Source: a virus
Taxonomy: Duplodnaviria > Caudoviricetes
Virus record (IMG/VR): IMGVR_UViG_3300016484_000774
Coordinates: 1-29,624 of that record
Reading direction: 5' to 3' (one strand)
DNA: 29,624 nt
Positions 1 through 8,562 of the stretch are shown piece by piece; the first letter of the stretch is position 1; the number at the start of each line of letters is the position of its first letter. The notes below the pieces were generated by a model. That model was given only the letters and a program-made list of their open reading frames with translations. It was not told the origin of the DNA and made no database searches. Position numbers and translations under genes: made by a program.

Positions 1-684
1 AACGAGCTGACGAAGGAAGGCCGCGGCGACAAGCTGGCCGAAGACCTGCCGGTGTTCCCGGTGCGCCAGTGGCTGACGTACCTGGCCGACCTGCCGAAGC
101 AGCGCGTGCTCGAGGTGATGGAGCAGTGCACCGAGCGCCTCACCGCCAACTGCGTGGCCGGCCGCGAGGACGCCGGCGCCGAGCGGATGCTGGCGAACTA
201 CAGCGCCGTGCTCACGGCCTGGCACCTGGTGTGCGACTTCGCCGAGCTGGACCTCTCCACCGGCGGCTTCATCGGCGACCTCACGGCCGAGATGAACAGC
301 CACATCAAGGAGAGCGTGAACGAGCGCCAGCCCTGGGTGTGGATCGTGGAGAAGCTGCTGAGCGAGATCTCGCGCGGCACCTTCCGCTATCCGTTCGTCT
401 TCGACGAGACCGAGGACGACGAGCCCTTCCTGGCCGTGCGCACCTCGCACGTGATGGACCACATCAGCAGCGAGAACAGCCTGCGCGAATTCTGGGATGC
501 GCTGCCGGTGAAGAGCGACCGCGTGTTCAAGGGCCAGCTGAAGGCCGCTGGCGTGCTGGCCCTCGAAGACGTGGAACGGACCTGCCATGGCAAGCGCGTG
601 GCGCACATGGTGGCCCTCTCATTGCCCGCGCTGGAGCAGTACGGGCTTTATGCAACCCGGCCGGTGAGCAGCGAACCGGCCTGA
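1..684 (+). CDS. C-terminal part of a large phage replication protein (probable primase/primase-helicase), 5'-truncated by the window
   Basis: The frame is open from base 1 to TGA at 682-684 with typical high-GC codon usage. No catalytic motif lies in the visible part; the product is inferred from position ahead of the early accessory genes and recalled resemblance to toprim-domain phage proteins. Confidence 0.45.
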   Translation, partial: NELTKEGRGDKLAEDLPVFPVRQWLTYLADLPKQRVLEVMEQCTERLTANCVAGREDAGAERMLANYSAVLTAWHLVCDFAELDLSTGGFIGDLTAEMNSHIKESVNERQPWVWIVEKLLSEISRGTFRYPFVFDETEDDEPFLAVRTSHVMDHISSENSLREFWDALPVKSDRVFKGQLKAAGVLALEDVERTCHGKRVAHMVALSLPALEQYGLYATRPVSSEPA

Positions 685-704
685 CCTGACGACGAGGAAG
701 AGAC

Positions 705-1076
705 ATGGACCCGAAGACCGAAACGACGACGACCGAGCGCCCCAGCATCGCCCGCCTGGCCAGCCAGCTCATGAAGGAGGCCGAGGCCCAGGGCGTGGTG
801 GTGCGCCTCGAGCTGCGGCCGCGAGAGTCGGGCCGCTGGGGCATGGTGATGAACATCCAGCCCAAGGCCGATGCCGACGCCCGCGCCGCCGAAGCGATGC
901 TCGACAGCCAGCTGATCGACTGGCTGGAGGTGCAGTGCCGCATGGGCGTCGACCTGCGCGCCTGGTGCGCGCCCGGCCGCGGCGAGTTCCACCAGCTCAC
1001 GCAGGACGACGAGACCATCGGCGAAGGCGCCACCCTGCGCGCTGCCATCAAAGACGCCATGGGAGTGCGCACGTGA
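705..1076 (+). CDS. hypothetical phage protein (123 aa)
   Basis: GAGGAAG RBS precedes ATG 705; the stop overlaps the next start (GTGA). Confidence 0.75.
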   Translation: MDPKTETTTTERPSIARLASQLMKEAEAQGVVVRLELRPRESGRWGMVMNIQPKADADARAAEAMLDSQLIDWLEVQCRMGVDLRAWCAPGRGEFHQLTQDDETIGEGATLRAAIKDAMGVRT

Positions 1077-1471
1077 GGGCCCTCAGCATCCGCCAGCCCT
1101 GGGCGTGGCTCATCGTGCAGGGCCACAAGCCGGTGGAGAACCGGGAGTGGACGACGCACTACCGCGGCCCGCTGCTCATCCACGCCAGCGCCACGGTGGC
1201 CAAGCGCGACTACGAGCTGACGGCGGCCATGGTCGACGAGGAGTTCGGCATCACCGTGCCGAAGCTCGAGGTGATCGAGCGCGGCGGCGTGGTGGGCCTG
1301 GCCACGCTGGCCGACTGCGTGCAGGAGATGGACAACCCCTGGTTCACCGGCCCCTGCGGCTTCGTGCTGACCGGTGCCAAGCCCCTGCCCTTCCTGCCCT
1401 GGAAAGGTGGCCTGGGCTACTTCCACGTGCCCGCCGCTGCGCTGGGCCTGCCGGCCGAGGTGATGCCATGA
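1073..1471 (+). CDS. ASCH domain protein
   Basis: GTG start in a GTGA overlap. ALSIRQPWAWLIVQGHKPVENR...YRGPLLIHAS is the ASCH signature (GxKxxExR). Confidence 0.9.
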   Translation: MRALSIRQPWAWLIVQGHKPVENREWTTHYRGPLLIHASATVAKRDYELTAAMVDEEFGITVPKLEVIERGGVVGLATLADCVQEMDNPWFTGPCGFVLTGAKPLPFLPWKGGLGYFHVPAAALGLPAEVMP

Positions 1472-1926
1472 AGCCGCCGGTGACGATCGACCCGCCGGTG
1501 CCGTTCACCTTCGACGAGCGCCGCGGCACGGTGAAGCTGCTGCAGGACCTGCCCTTGGGCACCGTCCTCCGCATCAACTACGAGTTCAAGGGCCGCCGCA
1601 AGCGGCGCGCTGCAGCGCGAGCCGCGAACCTGCCGCGCCCGCCCATCCGCCTGGCCAGCCACCCGGTGGAGGCGGTGGAGCGCATCCAGATCGACGGCGC
1701 GCCCGCCGGCCTGCAGATGCTGCGCCAGGGCGTGAGCTGGGAAGAGACCGACCTCAGCCTGGCCGAGATGGCCGAGGACCTCAAGGCCAAGGCCGACAGC
1801 GCCCGCCAGTGCGCCCAGAAGGCCCGCGACTGCGGCGACATCGTGCGCTGGCGCCGCCTGAGCGACGTGGCGCGCTCGTACAGCGTGGCGCTGCTGCTCC
1901 TGGGCACCGTGCGATCGGTGAAGTGA
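1468..1926 (+). CDS. hypothetical phage protein
   Basis: ATGA overlap with the ASCH stop (MKPPVTIDPP...); coding-like codon usage. Confidence 0.7.
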   Translation: MKPPVTIDPPVPFTFDERRGTVKLLQDLPLGTVLRINYEFKGRRKRRAAARAANLPRPPIRLASHPVEAVERIQIDGAPAGLQMLRQGVSWEETDLSLAEMAEDLKAKADSARQCAQKARDCGDIVRWRRLSDVARSYSVALLLLGTVRSVK

Positions 1927-1927
1927 C

Positions 1928-2173
1928 ATGCAGCGCACGCAACACCCATCGAACAACCAGGTGCTCGGTGCACCGGCCGGCTGGGACCAGAGCGCCCTGC
2001 CCTGTGACGCGCTGCCCATCACCCGCACCACCGTGGACGGCGTGGACGTGATGTGCAGCTTCTGGCGGCCCGACCCCGCCGAGCTCGCCGCCCTGCAGGC
2101 CGGCGGCCTGGTGGTGCTGCAGGTGCTGGGCAAGGGCCATCCGCCGGTGGCGGTGGGCGTGGTGGCGGAATGA
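1928..2173 (+). CDS. hypothetical phage protein (81 aa)
   Basis: Tightly packed between neighbours, with an ATGA overlap at its end. Sequence includes GAPAGWD...CDALP...SFWRPDPAELAAL...HPPV. Confidence 0.8.
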   Translation: MQRTQHPSNNQVLGAPAGWDQSALPCDALPITRTTVDGVDVMCSFWRPDPAELAALQAGGLVVLQVLGKGHPPVAVGVVAE

Positions 2174-2352
2174 GCCACGCCGCCACCCACCTGCACCGCT
2201 GCGGCAAGTGCGGCGAGCTGTACAGCACCGCCCTCCCTGGCTGCCGCTGGTTCAACCGCAAGGCCAAGCCGCGCTACGTGCACCCGGGCTGCGAGCAGCC
2301 CGCCAAGGACTGGAAGCCGGCCGCGCCGGCCAACCCGAAAGACCCGCGATGA
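2170..2352 (+). CDS. small Cys/His protein, possible zinc finger (60 aa)
   Basis: ATGA overlaps at both ends; CGKCG...HPGC. Confidence 0.7.
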   Translation: MSHAATHLHRCGKCGELYSTALPGCRWFNRKAKPRYVHPGCEQPAKDWKPAAPANPKDPR

Positions 2353-4154
2353 AAACCATCACCAAGACCTTCTTCTGCCTCTTCGGCGCCATCGGTGGCG
2401 GCGCCCTGGGCTTCAAGGACTCCCGCGTCAGCGTGGCCGGCATGAACGGCCAGTGGGAGTGCCTGGGCAGCGTCGACGTTGACGCCGCCGCCAACCGCGA
2501 CTTCCACCGCCTGGTGGGCAGCCGCGCCACCACGATGGACCTGATGGACCGCGAGCAGTACCTCGCCTTCCACGGCCACCCGCCGCCCGCCGACTGGCGC
2601 GAGGCCACGCCGGCCGACATCTGCGCCGCGGCGCAGCACCGGCGGCCGAACGCCGTGTTCCTGAGCGCGCCCTGCAAGGGCTTCAGCGGCCTGCTCTCCC
2701 AGGCCAAGAGCCTGACCGCGAAGTACCAGGCGCTCAACCGCCTGACGCTGCGCGGCATCTGGCTCACGCTGGAGGCCTGGGCCGACGACCCGCCCGAGCT
2801 GCTGCTCTTCGAGAACGTGCCGCGCCTGGCCACCCGTGGCCGCGTGCTGCTCGACCAGATCAGCGCCATGCTCCGCGCCTACGGCTACGCCGTGGCCGAG
2901 ACCACGCACGACTGCGGCGAGCTGGGCGGCCTGGCGCAGAGCCGCAAGCGCTTCCTGCTGGTGGCACGCCACATCGCCAAGGTGCCCAACCTGCTGTACG
3001 AGCCGCGCCGCCAGCCGCTGCGCGCCGTCGGCGAGGTGCTGGGCCGGATGCCGCTGCCGGGCGACCTGGCCGCCGGCCCGATGCACCGCGTGCCCTCCCT
3101 GGCCTGGAAGACCTGGGTGCGCCTGGCGTTCGTGGAGGCCGGCAGCGACTGGCGCAGCCTGAACCGGCTGGCGGTGCAGGACGGGGCGCTGCGGGACTAC
3201 CTCATCGTGCCGACGATGTTCCGCGGCGGCCTGGGCGTGCGGCATTGGGACGAGGCCGCCGGCGCGGTGGCTGGTGAGACGCTGCCCCTGAACGGCGCCT
3301 TCAGCGTGGCCGACCCGCGCTTCGAGGCCTCCGCCCGCTGGCATGACGGCCAGGCCTACGGCGTGCGCCGCTGGGACGAGACCACCGGCACCGTGGCCGG
3401 CCAGCAGACGCCGGGCCAGGGCGCCTACTCGGTGGCCGACCCGCGCTGCCAGACGGTGAAGCACAACAACTGCTTCCGCGTGGTGCGCTGGGCCGGGCCG
3501 AGCGGCACCGTGACCGGCGGTGGCCACCCGAGCGCCGGCGGCCAGTGCGTGGCCGACCCGCGCCCGAGCGGCGAGCTCTTCGGGAAGTACGCCGTGACGG
3601 ACTGGGCCGACGCCGCCGGCACCGTGATCAGCGGCAGCACCACCGGCCAGGGCGCCTTTGCCGTGGCCGACCCTCGCAGCGGCATGGCCGCCGACCGCCA
3701 GGCCTACCTGACCGGCGGGCACTACGGCGTGGTGCCCTGGAGCCAGCCCAGCGGCGCGGTGAGCGCGGCCGCGTGCCATGACAACGGCCGCTGGAGCGTG
3801 GCCGACCCGCGCCTGCCCGAGGCCGGCGACCACCTGGTGGCCGTGATCCGCGCCGAGGACGGCACCTGGCACCGCCCCTTCACCACGCTGGAGCTCGCCG
3901 CCCTTCAGAGCCTCTTCGACCCCGAAGACCCGGAGGAGGCTGCCGCCTTCGGCCTGGACGGCACCAGCGACCAGGCCTGGCGCGAGCGCATCGGCAACGC
4001 GGTGCCCCGCAAGTCGGCGCGCTACATGGCCGACGAGTTCCTGCGCACCCTGCTGCTGGCCGACGCCGGCGAGACCTTCCAGCTGAGCGCAGCGCCGGTG
4101 TGGGTGCGGCCCGTGGCGGCGGCGCTGATGCTGGGCACGGGAGCGGTGGCATGA
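2349..4154 (+). CDS. DNA (cytosine-5)-methyltransferase, orphan, with repeat-expanded variable region
   Basis: Motif I-like LFGAIGG, catalytic motif IV SAPCKGFS, motif VI ENVPRL, motif VIII QSRKRF and motif X IGNAVP. ATG 2349 lies in an ATGA overlap. Confidence 0.93.
   Translation: MKTITKTFFCLFGAIGGGALGFKDSRVSVAGMNGQWECLGSVDVDAAANRDFHRLVGSRATTMDLMDREQYLAFHGHPPPADWREATPADICAAAQHRRPNAVFLSAPCKGFSGLLSQAKSLTAKYQALNRLTLRGIWLTLEAWADDPPELLLFENVPRLATRGRVLLDQISAMLRAYGYAVAETTHDCGELGGLAQSRKRFLLVARHIAKVPNLLYEPRRQPLRAVGEVLGRMPLPGDLAAGPMHRVPSLAWKTWVRLAFVEAGSDWRSLNRLAVQDGALRDYLIVPTMFRGGLGVRHWDEAAGAVAGETLPLNGAFSVADPRFEASARWHDGQAYGVRRWDETTGTVAGQQTPGQGAYSVADPRCQTVKHNNCFRVVRWAGPSGTVTGGGHPSAGGQCVADPRPSGELFGKYAVTDWADAAGTVISGSTTGQGAFAVADPRSGMAADRQAYLTGGHYGVVPWSQPSGAVSAAACHDNGRWSVADPRLPEAGDHLVAVIRAEDGTWHRPFTTLELAALQSLFDPEDPEEAAAFGLDGTSDQAWRERIGNAVPRKSARYMADEFLRTLLLADAGETFQLSAAPVWVRPVAAALMLGTGAVA
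3234..3812 (+). repeat. five degenerate 38-45 aa repeats inside the methyltransferase, each ending VADPR
   Basis: In-frame GTGGCCGACCC at 3306, 3432, 3549, 3663 and 3798. The unit is approximately V-x-x-W-x-x-x-x-G-(T/A)-V...VADPR. Confidence 0.9.
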
Positions 4155-4744
4155 AGGAACGCCCCATCATTTTCCGCGCCGACAGCGTGCGCGCCATCCT
4201 GGACGGCCGCAAGACGCAGACCCGCCGCCTGGTGAAGGGCGCGCCGCTCGAGTGGATCCAGGTACATGGCTTCGCGCCCGAGTTCGTGGCGCATCCGGAG
4301 AACGACAGCTGCCGCTACGGCAAGACCGGCGACCGCCTTTGGGTGCGCGAGCGCTTCCAGCGCATCGACGGCCAGACCCAGCCCTGGATCGAGACGGACT
4401 ACGAGGCCACCTACAAGCGCGGCGACCGCCTCGGCGACCTGCTGGGCGACAAGAAGCAGTGGCAGCCGGCGATGTTCATGCCGCGCCATGCCAGCCGCAT
4501 CCTGCTGACGATCACCGGCCTGCGGATCGAGCGGCTGCAGGAGATCAGCGAGGCCGACGCACGGGCCGAGGGCGCACCCTGCGTCGACGAGGTGAGCGGC
4601 CGCGAGGTGCTGTTCCCCGATCACGCGAAGTGCGGCACGTTCAAGCTCGGCTTCCAGTGCCTGTGGGAGAGCCATCACGGCCCCGACTCCTGGGCCGAGA
4701 GCCCTTATGTCTGGGTGATCAACTTCGAAAGGACCACGGCATGA
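4151..4744 (+). CDS. ASCH/PUA-like phage protein
   Basis: MKERPIIF...VRAILDGRKTQTRR, GDRLWVRE, MFMPRHASRILL...IERLQEISEADARAEG and W..SPYVWVINF match a common phage family. ATGA overlaps. Confidence 0.85.
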   Translation: MKERPIIFRADSVRAILDGRKTQTRRLVKGAPLEWIQVHGFAPEFVAHPENDSCRYGKTGDRLWVRERFQRIDGQTQPWIETDYEATYKRGDRLGDLLGDKKQWQPAMFMPRHASRILLTITGLRIERLQEISEADARAEGAPCVDEVSGREVLFPDHAKCGTFKLGFQCLWESHHGPDSWAESPYVWVINFERTTA

Positions 4745-5127
4745 GCCGCCGCCCCTACCCCAAGCGCGATCTGGCCGCGCTGATCCTGGCGGAGCTGCAC
4801 CAGCCGCGCACGATCGGCGAGCTGAAGATGCAGTTCCCCGAGGACGCCACCCGCATCGCCTACACCGTCTACAACGCCGTCAAGCGCGGCGAGCTGCGCA
4901 ACCTGCAGGAAGGTGGGCCGCGCGGCACCTCGGGCCTGTTCGTCCGCGCCGACGCACCGCCGGCGAAGCCCGCCGACACCAGCGAGGCAGCCGAAGTGCC
5001 CGACGACTTCGAGCGCCCGGTGGTGAAGCGCACCGTGCCCGCCACCGAGGCTGAGCCGCTGCCGCAGCTGGGCCCGCGCAGCGTGTTCGACCTGGCGCCT
5101 GCGCCCACCTTCGAGGAGGCAGCGTGA
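4741..5127 (+). CDS. hypothetical protein, possible winged-helix N-terminus
   Basis: ATGA overlap. ILAELHQPRTIGELK...IAYTVYNAVKRGEL has a wHTH-like pattern (inference). Confidence 0.65.
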   Translation: MSRRPYPKRDLAALILAELHQPRTIGELKMQFPEDATRIAYTVYNAVKRGELRNLQEGGPRGTSGLFVRADAPPAKPADTSEAAEVPDDFERPVVKRTVPATEAEPLPQLGPRSVFDLAPAPTFEEAA

Positions 5128-5309
5128 TGCGCAACACCCGAGACCACATCGTGCGAGCCGGCCGCGATGCACCGCTGAAGAAGGTGCTGGCCGCCTGCAA
5201 TGCCGACGCGGAGCGCATGCGCCGCGAGGCGCAGGCCAGAGCGAAGGCCGACCGGCCCGCGCCGGTGGCGGTGCCCAAGCAACCCGAGCAGGAGGAAGGC
5301 CATGTCTGA
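5127..5309 (+). CDS. hypothetical protein (60 aa)
   Basis: GAGGAGG RBS; TGATG overlap (alternative start GTG 5124). Confidence 0.65.
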   Translation: MRNTRDHIVRAGRDAPLKKVLAACNADAERMRREAQARAKADRPAPVAVPKQPEQEEGHV

Positions 5310-5973
5310 AGGCATCACCCTCACGCCACCCGTCACCACTGCCGATCACGAGCCGGCCGACAGCTACTTCATCAACGCCTTCGATGAGAAGGGCCACCGC
5401 CGCGGCTGGGCGCGCATCTTCGTCAAGCACGGCCAGCGCGCCCGGCACGATGGCGACCACGGCCCGGCCTTCTGGTGCTACGTCAGCGTGGTAAGCGATT
5501 TCGGTAACTTCGGCCACCTCTGGAGCCACTGTGGCTGTGAGCCGGTGCGCTTCCTTTCCGGGCTGTCGATGGACTACGCCATGGGCAAGCTGATGCACAG
5601 CGCCTCCGAAGACGTGACGGAGTACGACGGCGAAGCCACGGCCAGGCACATCCTGCGTGCCGTGATCGATGCGCGGCGCAAGCGCTACATCAGCCGCGAT
5701 GAGGCGCAGGACCTGGCCTGCGCGATCGAAGAGGAGCGCTACGCCATTGAGCACGGCCGCGATGAGATGGTGAACGCCTGTCTCCGAATCGCACGAGACC
5801 ATGACACCGCGCTCGAGCGGGCCAGCCTGGACGCTGACTTCGGCGAGCCCTGGACCTTTGCCCAGGATCGCATCAACCCCCAGGCGCGAGACTTCTGGAA
5901 GTTCATCTGGCCGCCGTTCATCCAGGCGATGAAGGCCCGCGAACTTGAGCGGGAGGTGTGCCATGGCGCATGA
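5302..5973 (+). CDS. hypothetical phage protein (223 aa)
   Basis: GGAGGAAGG RBS precedes ATG 5302; contains VSDFGNFGHLWSHCG...FL...MDYAMGKL. Confidence 0.8.
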   Translation: MSEGITLTPPVTTADHEPADSYFINAFDEKGHRRGWARIFVKHGQRARHDGDHGPAFWCYVSVVSDFGNFGHLWSHCGCEPVRFLSGLSMDYAMGKLMHSASEDVTEYDGEATARHILRAVIDARRKRYISRDEAQDLACAIEEERYAIEHGRDEMVNACLRIARDHDTALERASLDADFGEPWTFAQDRINPQARDFWKFIWPPFIQAMKARELEREVCHGA

Positions 5974-6217
5974 ACACCCCTTCGGCGTTACCGGCGCCCA
6001 AGCCCGCGCGATGGATGCGGTGTGCTCCACCGGCAGCCACAAGGCCGCAGCCAGGGCGCTGGGCATCACGCCCAAGACCGTGGAGGTGCACTGCGCGGCA
6101 GCCGGCGAGCGCATGCGCCTGCGCGGCGCCATCAGCCCCGAAACCGGAGCGCTCGGGAAATACCTCGCGTGGGATCGGCATCGCCGCAGCACTGCCAAGG
6201 AGACGGGCCATGGCTGA
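5963..6217 (+). CDS. LuxR/GerE-type helix-turn-helix protein
   Basis: GGAGGT RBS. VTGAQARAMDAVCSTGSHKAAARALGITPKTVEVH matches the LuxR C-terminal HTH pattern. Confidence 0.8.
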   Translation: MAHEHPFGVTGAQARAMDAVCSTGSHKAAARALGITPKTVEVHCAAAGERMRLRGAISPETGALGKYLAWDRHRRSTAKETGHG

Positions 6218-6434
6218 GACCATCACCCTTCAAGTCACCCCCATCGCCGAGCAGCTGCCCGACGCCGACACCGACGTGATCCTGTTCACCGCAGACCAGC
6301 CCGAAGGCTTCGTCGGCGCCTACATCGATCACGACGATGACAAGGGCCCGGTGTTCTGCGGCACGAACGGGGAGACCGTGGTGGGCGTTGTGGCTTGGAG
6401 CACGATGCCGCGGCGTGATGGCGACGGGATCTGA
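6210..6434 (+). CDS. small phage protein, DUF551-like (74 aa)
   Basis: AAGGAG RBS; pattern PIAEQLPD...VILF...VVAWSTMP. Confidence 0.7.
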   Translation: MAETITLQVTPIAEQLPDADTDVILFTADQPEGFVGAYIDHDDDKGPVFCGTNGETVVGVVAWSTMPRRDGDGI

Positions 6435-6485
6435 GCAATTGCAGTAGCCTGCGAGGCACGCTGGGCTTTGCGAAAGGAGGTGCGC

Positions 6486-6704
6486 GTGAAACGGTTTCTG
6501 GCCTTCAAGGGCGACGAGTGCTACCCGTGCCAAGGCATGGAAGACTTCGTTGGCGACTTCGACACGTTGGAATCTGCCGTCGATGCCTTGACGGTCACCC
6601 ACAAGACGCAGACAGCATGGCGTGCCGATTCAATGTGGGCCGTGGTTTGGGACAGCGAGTGCCGTAGCGACGCTTGGGATCACCGAGCGCTTCCCGAATC
6701 CTGA
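6486..6704 (+). CDS. small acidic hypothetical protein (72 aa)
   Basis: AAGGAGG RBS precedes GTG 6486; begins KRFLAFKGDECYPCQGMEDFVGDFDTLE; lower GC than neighbours. Confidence 0.8.
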   Translation: MKRFLAFKGDECYPCQGMEDFVGDFDTLESAVDALTVTHKTQTAWRADSMWAVVWDSECRSDAWDHRALPES

Positions 6705-6738
6705 TTCAAGCGCTCAGCTGCCGCGCCGCGGCTGAGCA

Positions 6739-7098
6739 CTACTTCTCCGGCGCCGAGCACCACACCGGCCACACGAAGCGGAAGGCGCTGCCTTCCTGGT
6801 GCTCGAAGATCACCTGGCCGTCGCCCACCGAGATGAACCGCGTGAAGCCGGCGTAGCCGCCCATGCGGTTCTTGCTGTTCACCTCGCCGCAGAGCGACAC
6901 CATCTCGCCGTCCTCGCTGATGCTGAGGAACTCGCCTCGGTAGCGGGCGCTCGGCGCATCCACCAGCGCCTCCGCCAGCTGCGCCTTCAGCACGCGCTTC
7001 ACCGCCGCTGCGTTGGGCTTCGCCGGCTTCTGGGCCTTCGACAGGCCGGGCACGGCCAGCAGTGCGGCAATGAGCAGGCAGGTGGTGGTGTGGTTCAT
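6739..7098 (-). CDS. exported protein (moron), 119 aa
   Basis: Signal-peptide-like N-terminus (CLLIAALLAVPGLSKA-Q); motif DAPSARY...CGEVNSKNRMGGYAG; opposite strand to the flanking phage genes. Confidence 0.8.
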   Translation of the reverse strand: MNHTTTCLLIAALLAVPGLSKAQKPAKPNAAAVKRVLKAQLAEALVDAPSARYRGEFLSISEDGEMVSLCGEVNSKNRMGGYAGFTRFISVGDGQVIFEHQEGSAFRFVWPVWCSAPEK

Positions 7099-7305
7099 CT
7101 CGCGTGTCTCCGTCGATCACCAAGAGGGCGGCATTCTGCCGGCGACCCTTATCCCCCTTAAGGGTGAGATGCCCGCCGGAAGCCACGCTGCCACCCACCT
7201 GCGTGGTGCACCAACCTAGGGGCCTGGGGGAGGATTTGCCTAACGCCACCATGCGACGGACAAAGGAGCGCAGGATGGCGATGGCTACAGCATCAAGGGA
7301 GTGAC

Positions 7306-7542
7306 ATGGACCGCGAACCACCGGACGCGCAGACGCCCGGCGAGTTGTTGGGAGACGTTGAAGCCAGCGTGGCTGGCGCACACACAGGCCTCGGTGGCGT
7401 GCTGGGCCTTCTGGCCGGCTGCCGGCCTGGGCACCGGCTGAGGGCGCGCGAGCTGCGCGCGCTGCTGCTGCCGGTGGCTGACCAGGTGGCGCAAGCCGCC
7501 CACGCGCTGCGCACCGCACGCCGCCGGCGCCTGCGCCGATGA
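7306..7542 (+). CDS. small helical hypothetical protein (78 aa)
   Basis: AAGGGGAG RBS precedes ATG 7306; fills the gap before the terminase genes. Confidence 0.55.
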   Translation: MDREPPDAQTPGELLGDVEASVAGAHTGLGGVLGLLAGCRPGHRLRARELRALLLPVADQVAQAAHALRTARRRRLRR

Positions 7543-7593
7543 CGCCGTGCAGTGCTGCCAATGGCCGGCAGCCCTGCGTAGCCTTCGGGCACG

Positions 7594-8562
7594 ATGCCGA
7601 AGGACTGGTCAGACGAACTGCGACAGGTCACCTTCCGGTGTGACGTGTGCCGTCACACCTGGAAGGGTGAGCCCGATCTGGTGGAGCCCGATCCGGAGCA
7701 GGCTCACCACCCGTTCAGGTACTTCGCCACTTGCACGCTGTGCGAGGCGAAGCACCAGCCCCAGGCCCCCTGGGAGCGGGCCCTCCTGAAGGCGCACCAG
7801 CACGCCACCGGCCCCCGCACCCCCGAAGGTGTGGCGGCCACGTCGGCCAACCTGGTGGGGCACCCCACGCCGGAGGAGGCGCTGCGCACGCGCTTCAATG
7901 GCATGAAGCACGGGCTCTCGGCCTCCGTTGCCACCTACTTCCCGGCCAAGCCCGGGAAGTACGCCTTCTGCCAGCAGTGCGACGTGGACCGCTACTGGTG
8001 CGCCGATCAGCCCTGCTGCGTGAAGCAGACGGAGCTGTTCATGCTGCACCACGCGGCCTTCGAGCAGCGCAACCCGGCGGTGTTGGCCAAGGTGCACGCC
8101 AACATGCACGCGGCCCTGGTGGCCAGCCTGCAGATGTGCCTGCAGGCGGTGCTGGCCGATGGCGTGGTGATCGCCACGCCGAAGGTGCAGATCCACGAGG
8201 GCCGCAGCGTCACGCTGAAGTACGTCGACCAGCACGGTGCAGAGCACGCGGTGATGGAGTACATGGCCAACCCTGCCTTCAAGCCCATCGCCGACCTGGT
8301 GACGCGCCTCGGCCTGAGCCTGGCCGACCTGGGCATGACGGTGAAGGCAGCCGCGGACGAGGAGAGCGAGCTGCGCGGCCGCCTGGCCGGCGCGGCGGTG
8401 GCCACCGAGGCGCTGCAGGACTTCAGCGCCCGCATGGCGGCCACGATGGAGAAGCTGCCGGGCATGCTGAAGGCCGCGCGCGAGGATGCCGAGAAGGACC
8501 CGGTGCTGCTCGAGCACCAAGCGGCGACCGGCGGTGGTGGTGGCGCTGGCGGTGGCGCATGA
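7594..8562 (+). CDS. terS: putative terminase small subunit, Cys-rich
   Basis: Coupled (ATGA) directly upstream of TerL. Contains a TGPRTPEG...RFNGMKHGL motif and two Cys clusters (CDVC..CTLC; CQQC..C..CC). Identity is inferred mostly from position. Confidence 0.65.
   Translation: MPKDWSDELRQVTFRCDVCRHTWKGEPDLVEPDPEQAHHPFRYFATCTLCEAKHQPQAPWERALLKAHQHATGPRTPEGVAATSANLVGHPTPEEALRTRFNGMKHGLSASVATYFPAKPGKYAFCQQCDVDRYWCADQPCCVKQTELFMLHHAAFEQRNPAVLAKVHANMHAALVASLQMCLQAVLADGVVIATPKVQIHEGRSVTLKYVDQHGAEHAVMEYMANPAFKPIADLVTRLGLSLADLGMTVKAAADEESELRGRLAGAAVATEALQDFSARMAATMEKLPGMLKAAREDAEKDPVLLEHQAATGGGGGAGGGA

Noticed and set aside
2349-4154. Restriction-modification system
   Set aside because: No adjacent endonuclease-like gene is recognisable; it is treated as an orphan phage methyltransferase.
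7731-8558. 811-aa TerL as given in the ORF track
   Set aside because: The first ~276 codons overlap terS out of frame and read as junk; ATGA coupling supports the start at 8559.
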